Source of the DNA: Candidatus Dojkabacteria bacterium
Lineage (GTDB): Bacteria > Patescibacteriota > Dojkabacteria > JAHIVN01
Length of the DNA stretch: 64,000 nt
NCBI GenBank assembly: GCA_016932045.1
Contig: JAFGDO010000001.1
Coordinates: 1,014 to 65,013 of the forward strand
Direction of reading: 5' to 3'
Made by a program: the position numbers and the translations under genes. Each line of letters starts with the position of its first letter. Within the stretch, counting starts at the first letter, position 1. Positions 18,653 through 28,323 of this stretch are shown piece after piece. The notes under the pieces were generated by a model. That model was not told where the DNA came from. It did no database searches and was given only the letters and a program-made list of their open reading frames with translations.

Positions 18653-20107
18653 TTACAATAAACCAACTAACATTGCTATGCCTAAACAAGCAATTATTAA
18701 ACCAGCAACTAAATGTAGTATTCTAATCTTTTTATCCTTCCACTCAGATATATCTTCTACCTTTGAAATACCAAAATAGACAATACAAGTAATGAGCAAC
18801 ATAGGGGAAATAAAAATAAGATTGTATATAATAAGATGTGGTATGGATTTTAATGTATCCTCAAATGATAACATACCGCCTAAGATTATATATGGGCCTA
18901 TCGTACATGGAAGAAGAAACAAAGTGACGAATAAACCCACACCAAATGCCCCATTAGGCGAAGTGATACCTTCTATAATCTTTTTGATCTTAGGTCTTAA
19001 AGACATCGGCATTTCTGTACCCAAGCTCCCCGGCTTATAACTTAGAAAATCTTTAATCTGCAAAACACCAAGAATAATTGCCATAATCCCAAAGAATTTG
19101 TAAAGGATCAGCCTTATATTTGTGATAGCTTGAACAATCTTAAAGAATCGAATAATCACTAATCCATATACCATGTACATTATAAAAACTGAAAATGAAA
19201 AGGCTAATCCTGCAAGTATGATATTTTTCTTATTCTTTGGATTATAAGAAATAATGGCTATCAGCATCATAGTTAAGACAGCAAGAGCGCATGGATTTAC
19301 AGCATCAACCGCAGCAAGTGAAATAGTCTTTCCTAACAATACTTTTGTCTGTTCAATTTCTCCGCTTGAATTATTTTCTTCTTGTTCATTGCTAATTTCA
19401 ACACTTTCACCTTTAACCGAAGGTCCGTTCCACTGCAATATCCAGCCTTCAACCTTTGCAGCATTATCAAAATGAACAGATGAGCCTGAAAGTTGCACAT
19501 CTTGCTCCTCAATTATTTGAATACTATTCTGTTCAAAAAGTCCATTTATATCTACACCTGAAATGAATTCTTTAATTATTTCGTTACTTCCATTTTGATT
19601 CTGCTCTGTCTTAATTGCTACTCTATCTTTTGTCCAAACTTTCGGCTTACCAGAAAGATCCGAAATATTTCCGATTGAAACACTTGATCCATCGCTTAAG
19701 GGTAATTTATTTCCAGCATGATTTTCATATTCCTCTCTAAAAGACGATAAAATCGGTTTATCACCAACAATATTTTTATCTTTATCGAAAATAACAAGAG
19801 GAATATGATATCCACAATTATAGTTTGTATTGTATTCATCTATGAATATAGCATTTTGACTTTCCTGATAAACTTCATATTCAACAACGACAAGATCCGG
19901 ATACTCATGCAGCCAGTCTTTTAGTAATATAGAATCAACCTTAGCACAATGCGGGCAGCCAATACCCGTAAAATAAACTACAAAGGTAGGCTCATTAACT
20001 TGAGCTGAAACATTAGTTATAGAAATAAATGCAAATATAACTATTGTGAGAGGGATAAGAAAAGTTCTTTTTATTAATTCCTTGAACTTATCAATTATTC
20101 TTTTCAT
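18653..20107 (-). CDS. Thioredoxin-like domain fused to a CcdA/DsbD-like transmembrane domain
   Basis: GCPHC; DAVNPCA and LLPCTIGPY in the TM domain. Confidence 0.85.
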   Translation of the reverse strand: MKRIIDKFKELIKRTFLIPLTIVIFAFISITNVSAQVNEPTFVVYFTGIGCPHCAKVDSILLKDWLHEYPDLVVVEYEVYQESQNAIFIDEYNTNYNCGYHIPLVIFDKDKNIVGDKPILSSFREEYENHAGNKLPLSDGSSVSIGNISDLSGKPKVWTKDRVAIKTEQNQNGSNEIIKEFISGVDINGLFEQNSIQIIEEQDVQLSGSSVHFDNAAKVEGWILQWNGPSVKGESVEISNEQEENNSSGEIEQTKVLLGKTISLAAVDAVNPCALAVLTMMLIAIISYNPKNKKNIILAGLAFSFSVFIMYMVYGLVIIRFFKIVQAITNIRLILYKFFGIMAIILGVLQIKDFLSYKPGSLGTEMPMSLRPKIKKIIEGITSPNGAFGVGLFVTLFLLPCTIGPYIILGGMLSFEDTLKSIPHLIIYNLIFISPMLLITCIVYFGISKVEDISEWKDKKIRILHLVAGLIIACLGIAMLVGLL

Positions 20108-20384
20108 AAGATAACAGACACTTCAAAATCTTTAATATTTTTGGTCTTTGACTTTTTCTAATAGAATATTTTATATGCAGTCCAATTTTTCTGCTTTTTA
20201 AAATGCCTAAATCTGTCAATACCTTTAAGTGATGGGATATCAAATTATTTGGAATATCTAGTTTCTCTACCAACTCACAAGCACATGTTTCCCTTTTGCT
20301 TAATATAAACAGAATCTTCACTCTATTCAACTGAAGCAACTTTTTAATCCTTTTGATATTTTTATCTAGACTCTCTGCTATCAT
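20091..20384 (-). CDS. ArsR/SmtB family transcriptional repressor
   Basis: NRVKILFIL..CACEL..ISHHLKVL..G..Y. Confidence 0.9.
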   Translation of the reverse strand: MIAESLDKNIKRIKKLLQLNRVKILFILSKRETCACELVEKLDIPNNLISHHLKVLTDLGILKSRKIGLHIKYSIRKSQRPKILKILKCLLSYEKNN

Positions 20385-20406
20385 TTTTTTTACAAATAGA
20401 TTTTTA

Positions 20407-20456
20407 AGTATTTCAATTACGATTGAAATACTATCATTTTTAATTTACTTCGTCAA
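20407..20456 (-). promoter_or_regulatory. arsR promoter with a perfect 11-4-11 operator (copy 1)
   Basis: TTGACG (20456-20451), 17 nt, TAGTAT (20433-20428); AGTATTTCAAT-tacg-ATTGAAATACT (20407-20432). Confidence 0.8.
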
Positions 20457-20644
20457 GAAAAGCAGTCTTCCTTAAGAATCAAAACATAGAAAGCAATTAT
20501 CTTAAATGGCTACTTATTTGATATAAGAAAGAATAATTAGTACTTAATGCAGATTAAACGAAAGGCATATAAATCACTCTTTACTACTACTACCATATTT
20601 TGATATCCTACATAATAATTTCTTTTCCTTTTATTTTCTTCCTA

Positions 20645-21823
20645 ATGAAAAATAGTATTTTGAAATACTTTATAAAGAAAAAAGGAGATATATTCTCAAT
20701 TTTACTTTTTCTGTTAATCATTTTTTTAGCCTGGGTATTCATACCTAAAATTCCTCTTTTGAAAAGAGAAGGACAGGTAGTCAAATATATTGACCCCATC
20801 TATGTAACTGTTGCAGATGTAAAACAAAACACAGTAACTGAAATTGACGTTAAACAAAATGAAATTGAAATGCTAGAAGATACAATTGGTTTCTATCTAC
20901 CAAATGGAGAATACAGAGAGATAACTCTTTCCCACCTTTCAGATGACTATAGAGTTAGAGAGGGAGATCATATAATAGTCTATTCTTTTGATGATCAAAC
21001 TTACTTCTACCATGATATAAATAGAGTTTATTACTTAAAGTATTTAATAATATTATTTATTATTATTGTAGCGTTAATCGGAGGCATCCTTGGTGTAAAA
21101 GCATTATTATCCCTTGGTTTTTCATGCGTAATTTTGATCCTTGGACTCATACCCCTTCTGGAAAAAGGATATGATCCCATTCTTGTTATTATTGGAATAG
21201 GATTTCTCATAATTTCCTCGTCTTTATTCTTTTTATACGGATTTAAAAAGAGGACTCTTATCGCACTACTAGGTACTTCAATAGGATTATTCTTATCATC
21301 ACTACTTAGCCTGCTTTATGTTGACCTACTTAGACTGACAGGCATTCAGGACGAAATCGACAGCTTTTTATACAGCTATTCTCCAGTAAATTTTAATATG
21401 AAAAATTTACTGACAGGAAGTTTTATACTTGGAACACTCGGGGTTATAGATGATGTAACAATCAGCCAGGTGATAACTGTAGAAGAGATCTACAATAATG
21501 CTAAAAACATCTCGACCAAGGAGTTGTTTCTTTCTGCCATGAAAATTGGCAGGAGTCATATTGCCTCAATGGTCAATACACTTTTTCTTGCTTATTTTTC
21601 CGTTTCGTTATCGCTTATACTTGTTGTTTCGATGCAGAACTGGGATATCAATTTACTTCTCAACAAACGTTTTATAGCAACAGAAATAGTCAGAACCTTG
21701 GTAGGAAGCATGGGTTTAGTTGTTTCTGTCCCAATAACCACTTATCTCTCGTGCATAGCACCCAAAAAGACAATTCTAAAAAAACCAACAAAATATTTGT
21801 TGAAGCTTTTCCAGAAAGCTTAG
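20645..21823 (+). CDS. YibE/F family membrane protein
   Basis: LGVIDDVTISQ, IGRSHIASMVNTLFLAY, EIVRTLVGSMGL; start moved to the internal ATG. Confidence 0.9.
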   Translation: MKNSILKYFIKKKGDIFSILLFLLIIFLAWVFIPKIPLLKREGQVVKYIDPIYVTVADVKQNTVTEIDVKQNEIEMLEDTIGFYLPNGEYREITLSHLSDDYRVREGDHIIVYSFDDQTYFYHDINRVYYLKYLIILFIIIVALIGGILGVKALLSLGFSCVILILGLIPLLEKGYDPILVIIGIGFLIISSSLFFLYGFKKRTLIALLGTSIGLFLSSLLSLLYVDLLRLTGIQDEIDSFLYSYSPVNFNMKNLLTGSFILGTLGVIDDVTISQVITVEEIYNNAKNISTKELFLSAMKIGRSHIASMVNTLFLAYFSVSLSLILVVSMQNWDINLLLNKRFIATEIVRTLVGSMGLVVSVPITTYLSCIAPKKTILKKPTKYLLKLFQKA

Positions 21824-21963
21824 TTTGAAATCCTCACTCTTCCCTTTTCGATTCCGATATGATTATTAAGATTGATAATTTAAATATTAAGGTTATCAAT
21901 CAGTTTGTTTTTTATATTCTTTGCAGATATGATCTAACTAATAAGCTTAAATAATCTAAGTCC

Positions 21964-23442
21964 ATGAAAACGAAAAAGTTTACAATTCTTCACTCGAATG
22001 ATATGCACGGTGACTTTCTTGCAGAGGTGCAAAAAAGTGCTAAAGGTAAAAAAAGTAAACTCATCGGTGGGTTAGCATTGCTATCAGGCTACATCAATAA
22101 AGTTAGGAAAGAAGAAGAGAATGTATTATATGTAATTTCCGGAGATATGCTGCAGGGTTCGATCATCGACTCGGAATACAAAGGAATATCAACAATTGAA
22201 ATCATGAACTATCTAGCCCCTGATGTTGTTGCACTCGGCAATCATGAGTTTGATTACGGCCTACCTCACCTGCTCTTTCTTGAAAGAGTTGCAAATTTCC
22301 CGATTGTAAATGCAAATCTTTATATAAAAAAATACAACAAACGTCTGATGATACCCTATCTGATTATAAAAAAGGCTGGATTTGAAATCATGTTTACAGG
22401 GATAATTACTGAAAAGGTCATGGACAGTATAAAACTTGACGAACTTGTCGGCAGCTTTATAACTCTTGAAGAAGCAAGTGCTGAAACAGGAAAGATCTGT
22501 AACGCATATAAGAACGATGATATAGATCTAACAATTTTGCTAACCCATATCGGTCTTGAGTCAGATATCAAGCTAGCAAGGCTACTAAAAAAAGAATGGG
22601 GCGTTGATATGATTATCGGCGGACATTCTCATTCCATTCTTGATAATCCAAAGAAAGTTAACAATATCTTGATCACACAGGCTGGTGTAGGGACCGATCA
22701 AATAGGACGATTCGATATCACAGTTGACGACGATACGAATAGTATTATTAAATACAATTGGAAGCTTATACCTATAAATGAAAAGCTTGCAAAGCCCGAC
22801 AAAAAACTAGAGGAATTCATTGAAAAATTTAAGAAAAAAGTCGACAGAAAATACAACACAATTGTTTGCAAACTTGCAAAGAAGCTAACACATCCGAAAA
22901 GAGAAACAGAAACTGCACTTGGGAATTTAATAGCTGACTCATTTGTTGATTCAGCACAGTGTGATGTCATGCTTGTTGGGAGCGGATCTATCCGGTTAAA
23001 AAATCTTGGACCACTGGTAACTCTCAAGGATCTACTTGCCTGTTTTCCCTTTGATGATTCTTTATCAAGATTTTCAATAAGCGGGTCTAGATTAATAAAA
23101 ATGTTCAATCACATCATGAGGAAAGAAAACAGAAACAGCGAAGGCGAATGTTACCAGGTAAACGGATCTATCCGTGCCGTGTATAGTGATTCTACAAAAA
23201 GCCTCAAATCTCTAACTATAAACGGTGTCAAAGTAACAAGTACTAATTTTTATACAATATGCCTTCAGGGTTATCATATAAAGAATTCTAAAGAATATTT
23301 AAACATGACAAGTGAAGAACTCACCGAATCAAAAGAGTCGAAAGTTGTAACCACATCCGCACAAGAAGTTTTAGAGGAATTTCTCAGAAATAATCAGAAT
23401 ATTAAAAGAGAAGTAGAAGGCCGACTTGTCTTTAAAAGGTAA
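21964..23442 (+). CDS. Cytoplasmic 5'-nucleotidase / bifunctional metallophosphatase
   Basis: HSNDMHG, SGD, LGNHEFD, THIG, GGHSH and a C-terminal 5'-NT domain; no signal peptide. Confidence 0.93.
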   Translation: MKTKKFTILHSNDMHGDFLAEVQKSAKGKKSKLIGGLALLSGYINKVRKEEENVLYVISGDMLQGSIIDSEYKGISTIEIMNYLAPDVVALGNHEFDYGLPHLLFLERVANFPIVNANLYIKKYNKRLMIPYLIIKKAGFEIMFTGIITEKVMDSIKLDELVGSFITLEEASAETGKICNAYKNDDIDLTILLTHIGLESDIKLARLLKKEWGVDMIIGGHSHSILDNPKKVNNILITQAGVGTDQIGRFDITVDDDTNSIIKYNWKLIPINEKLAKPDKKLEEFIEKFKKKVDRKYNTIVCKLAKKLTHPKRETETALGNLIADSFVDSAQCDVMLVGSGSIRLKNLGPLVTLKDLLACFPFDDSLSRFSISGSRLIKMFNHIMRKENRNSEGECYQVNGSIRAVYSDSTKSLKSLTINGVKVTSTNFYTICLQGYHIKNSKEYLNMTSEELTESKESKVVTTSAQEVLEEFLRNNQNIKREVEGRLVFKR

Positions 23443-23466
23443 GAGACACTATCTAGGATCGTAACA

Positions 23467-23958
23467 CTATAGCTGCATTTGAGTATCATATACTTCTTCA
23501 ACCCACCATCCTTGAAAAACCTGCAACGGTAATTTACCAGCACACGCCAACCTGACAGCATGAGGAATCGGCACCCACATCCAATCTTTATGTTTTCCCG
23601 GCTCGCTTCTCTCAGGATCAATTTCTCCAGTACTTTCGTCCCAGTAAGTAAAGAAACAAGTTACTCTTGCTAATCCTTTACTAACAAATAACGCGAAAGG
23701 ATATCGGGCGGCTTCAATTAGATAATCAAATTTAACAGTGAGCCCAGTTTCTTCTCTTAATTCTCTTAACGCACATCCTTCCGGATCCTCACCTGATTCC
23801 AAAGTTCCTCCGGGGAATGTAAGCTGCCCAGCATTTGGACCAAGTAATCTTTCTGCAATTAAGATACAAGGCTGAGAATTGATATACCTAACCATTATAA
23901 CAAGTGCTACTTCTGTTGATACTTGTATCTCTGGCAGTGGAAGTTCTGTTTGTACCAT
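23467..23958 (-). CDS. Nudix hydrolase
   Basis: PGGTLESGEDPEGCALRELREETGL Nudix box. Confidence 0.9.
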   Translation of the reverse strand: MVQTELPLPEIQVSTEVALVIMVRYINSQPCILIAERLLGPNAGQLTFPGGTLESGEDPEGCALRELREETGLTVKFDYLIEAARYPFALFVSKGLARVTCFFTYWDESTGEIDPERSEPGKHKDWMWVPIPHAVRLACAGKLPLQVFQGWWVEEVYDTQMQL

Positions 23959-24045
23959 GTTGTCGTGGATAGTTTAGCTTTTATACTTTTAATTTTACCA
24001 AAATCAAAGCTTAAAATGGAGATAAACACATCTAGTAATATAATT

Positions 24046-24924
24046 CTAGGCAGTTTGTGTTGAAAATAGCTTATTTTTTAGAAAGCTTGAGAATGCTTTC
24101 ACTTCCGGAGAATTTATAGTCATTCCGGGGAATCTATTCATTTCCAATAAATAAGGTTTACTGGTCACTCTATCGATCACAATATCTGCTCTCCCCCACT
24201 CCAGGTCTAAAAGCCGACATGCATCCACTGCGATTCTTTTTACCTCTGAACTTACATCTTTTATATCCTGGAAAACCTCTTTTGCCCCCCAGCACGCATT
24301 ATTTCTGAATTCGCTTTTTGATCTATAGCTTTTCTCGGCAGATATAACCTCACCATTTGAAACTAATATTCCCCAGTCGTAATCGTTTGGGATAAATTGC
24401 TGAAAAATAAAACCTTTGTTTTCGGGCAACTTATCAAGTATATTTACCAACTCTTCCTTTGAATGAATTAAGTGGCTATTCTTTCCTCTTGAACCCTGTG
24501 TATCCTTTACGATAACCGGGAATCCGCAAAGGTCTGCTATCAAGTCTACTTTTTCTTTCTTATTACATTTATTTTGAAAAAAAGAATTTGGAATAGGAAG
24601 TTTATGTAAATCGAACCAAGTCAAATCAACTAACTTTGAGGTTCCTTCACCATAATTAACCTTTGTGTGTGGGACATCATGATAGTCAAGATACACCGAA
24701 ATTGCCCTACTGATATCCCTTGCACCAAAAAGTGAAGATAGCCAGACAAAATCATACTCCTTGATATCACGTCCATTATGTAATATTCTTAGTTCGCAAT
24801 TGAAGCGGAATTCAATATCACTAAATCTACCTCGAAAAATTTCAATATTTTCACCTAGATCCTTCTTTATCTCTTCGATTTTTACAGGAGCAGGTAAAAT
24901 TAGGACCTGCATCTTGGCATTCAT
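24046..24924 (-). CDS. RimK/LysX-family ATP-grasp ligase
   Basis: GFPVIVK..GSRG, QQFIPNDYD, FRNN, ADIV, LEMNRFPG. Confidence 0.85.
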   Translation of the reverse strand: MNAKMQVLILPAPVKIEEIKKDLGENIEIFRGRFSDIEFRFNCELRILHNGRDIKEYDFVWLSSLFGARDISRAISVYLDYHDVPHTKVNYGEGTSKLVDLTWFDLHKLPIPNSFFQNKCNKKEKVDLIADLCGFPVIVKDTQGSRGKNSHLIHSKEELVNILDKLPENKGFIFQQFIPNDYDWGILVSNGEVISAEKSYRSKSEFRNNACWGAKEVFQDIKDVSSEVKRIAVDACRLLDLEWGRADIVIDRVTSKPYLLEMNRFPGMTINSPEVKAFSSFLKNKLFSTQTA

Positions 24925-25247
24925 AGTTTTTTTATCCTTTCCTTAAATTAATATGATTTATTAGCTGGGCTAAGCAGAGTTTTTTCAACCCGAAAGTATT
25001 AAATTCTTTCTTTAGTGCTGTTTATTCGGTAATTTGATTCGAAAAGGGGATAGACTTTTCTTATTGAATCCGAATAGAAAGACTTGATTTTCAATAGGTG
25101 TTTATATTATATCATCAATATAATAAGAATACAAAGGAAGTAGCGTATACTTATAAATATATTTCTATAAACATAGAAACTAGTTCTTTTCTCAGGGGAA
25201 AAATAGTAATATTATGAACTAGATACAAATATGTTTTTTATGAATAT

Positions 25248-26084
25248 TTATAGCGGTGATTCTACCTCTTTCTCCTCGGCCCAAGCGGAAAATAATACTT
25301 CAATTTTTACATCTTCAAAATAGCAAGTTCCTTCGATTCCTTGTGCAGTACTTGTGGATAGACTTAGCCCAACAGTTATGCGATCTATACTCAAAGCGTA
25401 TCTCATTATCGTCTTATTCTCCTTATCAACCCAAACCTCAGCATATGCTCCTTCGATTGCTTCTTCCTCACCAGCAAGTGCTATGACGTTATTCAGGATA
25501 TCTCCCTCAAGACTATCTATAAGTTCCTGGACATCATCTTTAGTAAGCTCTATCTTTAAATGATAACACTCTACTCCGTCAATATTCTCATCTTCTAGCG
25601 TCTCAACTTCCTGATCTGCTCGCAAGTTAAAGAACATCTTATACGGTTCAAAGCCCCAGTCTTCCCCCTCCTCCTTTTTAGCCTCCTTAAAATCCGACAT
25701 ACTTTCATTCAAGTAATAGTACTTATCACCATCTCTAAATATTTCATAATCTGCCTTACTCTTTTTTTCTTCTGTCTCGAGATATATTTGAGAATGCATT
25801 CTATCATTCTTATTATCCTCTTTTACTATCATTAAGCTGGTTATATCATAGGTCGTATCATTTCCAGGATACTGTGGAACCACGAAACTTGTGGTAAAGC
25901 GTCGTGTTAGCTCATACTCATAATAATCTGCAGTTGACAAATTCTCAATGGATTTTTTGTATGAAGAACCAGCATTGTCAAGTTGTGATATGAACCATAT
26001 CACCGAGCAACAACAAAAAAAAGCTAAGAAAAGAAGTATGATAGCACCAACGATTAGAAAAATAATGGGCTTCTTATTCTTCAT
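25248..26084 (-). CDS. Membrane-anchored LolA/LppX-fold-like protein
   Basis: TM ending FFCCCS; ENIDGVECYHLK..EVWVDKE pattern. Confidence 0.55.
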   Translation of the reverse strand: MKNKKPIIFLIVGAIILLFLAFFCCCSVIWFISQLDNAGSSYKKSIENLSTADYYEYELTRRFTTSFVVPQYPGNDTTYDITSLMIVKEDNKNDRMHSQIYLETEEKKSKADYEIFRDGDKYYYLNESMSDFKEAKKEEGEDWGFEPYKMFFNLRADQEVETLEDENIDGVECYHLKIELTKDDVQELIDSLEGDILNNVIALAGEEEAIEGAYAEVWVDKENKTIMRYALSIDRITVGLSLSTSTAQGIEGTCYFEDVKIEVLFSAWAEEKEVESPL

Positions 26085-26102
26085 TCACGAACGGATATGA
26101 TT

Positions 26103-26987
26103 TTAAATAGGAGCTTTTATCTCAAATTCCTCGCCCCACTTCATAAACGAAGTAGTAGAAACATAATCATTATAATAGAATCTGAAAGTTGCACCTTGAT
26201 AAGAAGTCTCATATTCAATTCTATCTATTTCAACTTTTACTCTTGCAAATCTTGATGTCTTTTTGGAAACCCAAAGTTCACAAGTTACACCTTCAACCTC
26301 CACATCATTCCTATTTATCTTCTTATCTAAATAGTCCTCTACTGTAGCAACACTAAACCACCTTACAAATATTTCATAGTTTTCTCTAGACAAAGTGACT
26401 TCATAGTGATAACAGTCCTCTCCATCCACTTTCTCATCTTCCAATACTGTATACTCCTCATCTCCAGATAAAGTTTTTAATACTTCTACTTCAGTAACAT
26501 AAAAGATCGAGCTTTCTTCTTCCTGTTCTTCATGTGATTCATACTCCTCGACATCCTTATCACCCCATTGCATATAGACTTTTCCGTCAACCTCCCATGC
26601 CTCAGAGTCGACAGTTTCCTTCCCTCCCACGCTTGAAACCATCTCGAGTGTTTGTTTCTCATGGTAGGAATCTTTTTCAATATTGATTTGCCCATCATAA
26701 ACATCATAGTTATTTACTACTTCTACATCATATTCAGGATAATCGGGTGCAGCAAAACCCTCAGTATATTCAGATTCAGATTTGTATTGCACATATTTTT
26801 CTGTTGTAAATAAATCTGAGGTAGTCGCTTTCTGATAGGCCTTCTCCGGGGTCTGTCTAAGAACAAAACACCAAATTAAAGCTCCGCTGCACGATGATAC
26901 AATACAGCACAAGAGGACTACAACAACGATTATAATTAGAGGTGTTGCCAAAGATTTCTTCTTGGCTGTTTGTGCTTTTTCTGCCAT
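26103..26987 (-). CDS. Membrane-anchored LolA/LppX-fold-like protein, paralog
   Basis: TM with LLCCIVSSC; EKVDGEDCYHYE..ELWVSKK; ends WGEEFEIKAP versus WAEEKEVESP in its neighbour; start moved to ATG (MAEKAQ). Confidence 0.55.
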   Translation of the reverse strand: MAEKAQTAKKKSLATPLIIIVVVVLLCCIVSSCSGALIWCFVLRQTPEKAYQKATTSDLFTTEKYVQYKSESEYTEGFAAPDYPEYDVEVVNNYDVYDGQINIEKDSYHEKQTLEMVSSVGGKETVDSEAWEVDGKVYMQWGDKDVEEYESHEEQEEESSIFYVTEVEVLKTLSGDEEYTVLEDEKVDGEDCYHYEVTLSRENYEIFVRWFSVATVEDYLDKKINRNDVEVEGVTCELWVSKKTSRFARVKVEIDRIEYETSYQGATFRFYYNDYVSTTSFMKWGEEFEIKAPI

Positions 26988-27146
26988 TGGATAAAAACAT
27001 AAAAAGTTATTTTTTAACAGTATAGGAAATAATAGAGAATTTAACAAGTATTATGTCGGATACAAGCTGGACTTTAACATGTTTGATAATTGGCACTAGT
27101 TCATATATACTAAAGTCATAAGTTTTTGATTTAGTAATAGCTTCCT

Positions 27147-27386
27147 ATGAAAGGCAACTTGGCAGTAGCATTCCCCAAAAAATTAACAGAAACAGTTGTA
27201 AAACTTCAAAAGGAACTCGGACTTAAGTCTCCCGGCGAAGTTATACTTAAAGCTCTATCACTACTTGAACTGTCAATGGGACGTAAAGTGCAGCTTAAGG
27301 ATGATAAAGAAACGCTAGAAATAAAATCACTGCAAGGTTTGAAGCAGAGTGTAAAAGTCGAAGAACTCCCTGATAAGGAGAACTAA
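27147..27386 (+). CDS. Small ribbon-helix-helix (CopG-like) protein
   Basis: Alternating N-terminal strand LAVAFP followed by two helices (..SPGEVILKALSLL). Confidence 0.5.
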   Translation: MKGNLAVAFPKKLTETVVKLQKELGLKSPGEVILKALSLLELSMGRKVQLKDDKETLEIKSLQGLKQSVKVEELPDKEN

Positions 27387-27427
27387 GCAATTATATCTGA
27401 ACTAATTTACTGCCTAAAAAATTACAG

Positions 27428-27802
27428 ATGAGTAAAGAGATCGAATTTAAAAGTGACTTTGAAATTGAACCAACAATACACAAGATTGAAGATCTTGATC
27501 CTGGAAAGGATCTGGGAGTAGAGGTCGTAGAAGAACTCCCAGAATCAGAACCAGAAGAACAATTTGAAGTTACACTTAAGAAGAAAAGAGAAGCAACAAG
27601 AGAAAAGCTAGCCTATGTTTTTGTAATTGGATTATTTTTAATAATAATTATAGTTTCTATACTAGGATACCTTTCAGATACAGAACAGGTGCAAAACATC
27701 ACAGATTTGGTACTTGCTATTTCAGGAGTACTTTCTGGTCCTCTTGGATTTATAATTGGCTACTACTTTAAAAGGCAGGAAGAGGAAAAAGAAGCGGAAT
27801 GA
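27428..27802 (+). CDS. Two-TM membrane protein with an acidic N-terminus
   Basis: Two hydrophobic segments, GPLGFIIGYYF motif. Confidence 0.65.
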   Translation: MSKEIEFKSDFEIEPTIHKIEDLDPGKDLGVEVVEELPESEPEEQFEVTLKKKREATREKLAYVFVIGLFLIIIIVSILGYLSDTEQVQNITDLVLAISGVLSGPLGFIIGYYFKRQEEEKEAE

Positions 27803-28261
27803 TCATGGCTCTAATTTAGGCCGCCTTCTCCCATCAGCAAGTTCGTCCACTATACTATAACCCGTTGCAATCATGAGAGCCAAATCAAAATCAATCCTGA
27901 AACCGCATAATGTTTCTTCCTCCTCAACAGCTTCTACCAAAGGTTTAGAACCATGCACTACTACATATAGTGCCGTCATCTGAATTAACTCCCAATGAGA
28001 CCAAGTTAATTCCTCTGTCTGAATAGATCTTAATGCTGCTTGAGAATACTGTGTATCATAATATAAGGCTAGTCCCCATCTTATAACACTAGCCATTTCA
28101 GGACTAATCCTAAAGCAACCCATGCAAAGCTCATTTTCCACAGCCTGATCTACGGGTATATCACCGTGTTCCTCTATATAAATTGCAGCTAGGTGCATTG
28201 ATGAAAGATGAGCATTTGATAATCCTCCTCTGTTTTGTGGTAGTATTTCAGGGGACATCAT
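27803..28261 (-). CDS. Hypothetical protein with an internal tandem duplication
   Basis: AAIYIEEHGDIPVDQAVENE..CFRI aligns with TALYVVVHGSKPLVEAVEEE..GFRI. Confidence 0.6.
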   Translation of the reverse strand: MMSPEILPQNRGGLSNAHLSSMHLAAIYIEEHGDIPVDQAVENELCMGCFRISPEMASVIRWGLALYYDTQYSQAALRSIQTEELTWSHWELIQMTALYVVVHGSKPLVEAVEEEETLCGFRIDFDLALMIATGYSIVDELADGRRRPKLEP

Positions 28262-28323
28262 GCAGTAGTAAAACTAGATCCACTATCACACGTATAACTT
28301 CATAGCCCTAGAAAAAATTACAC

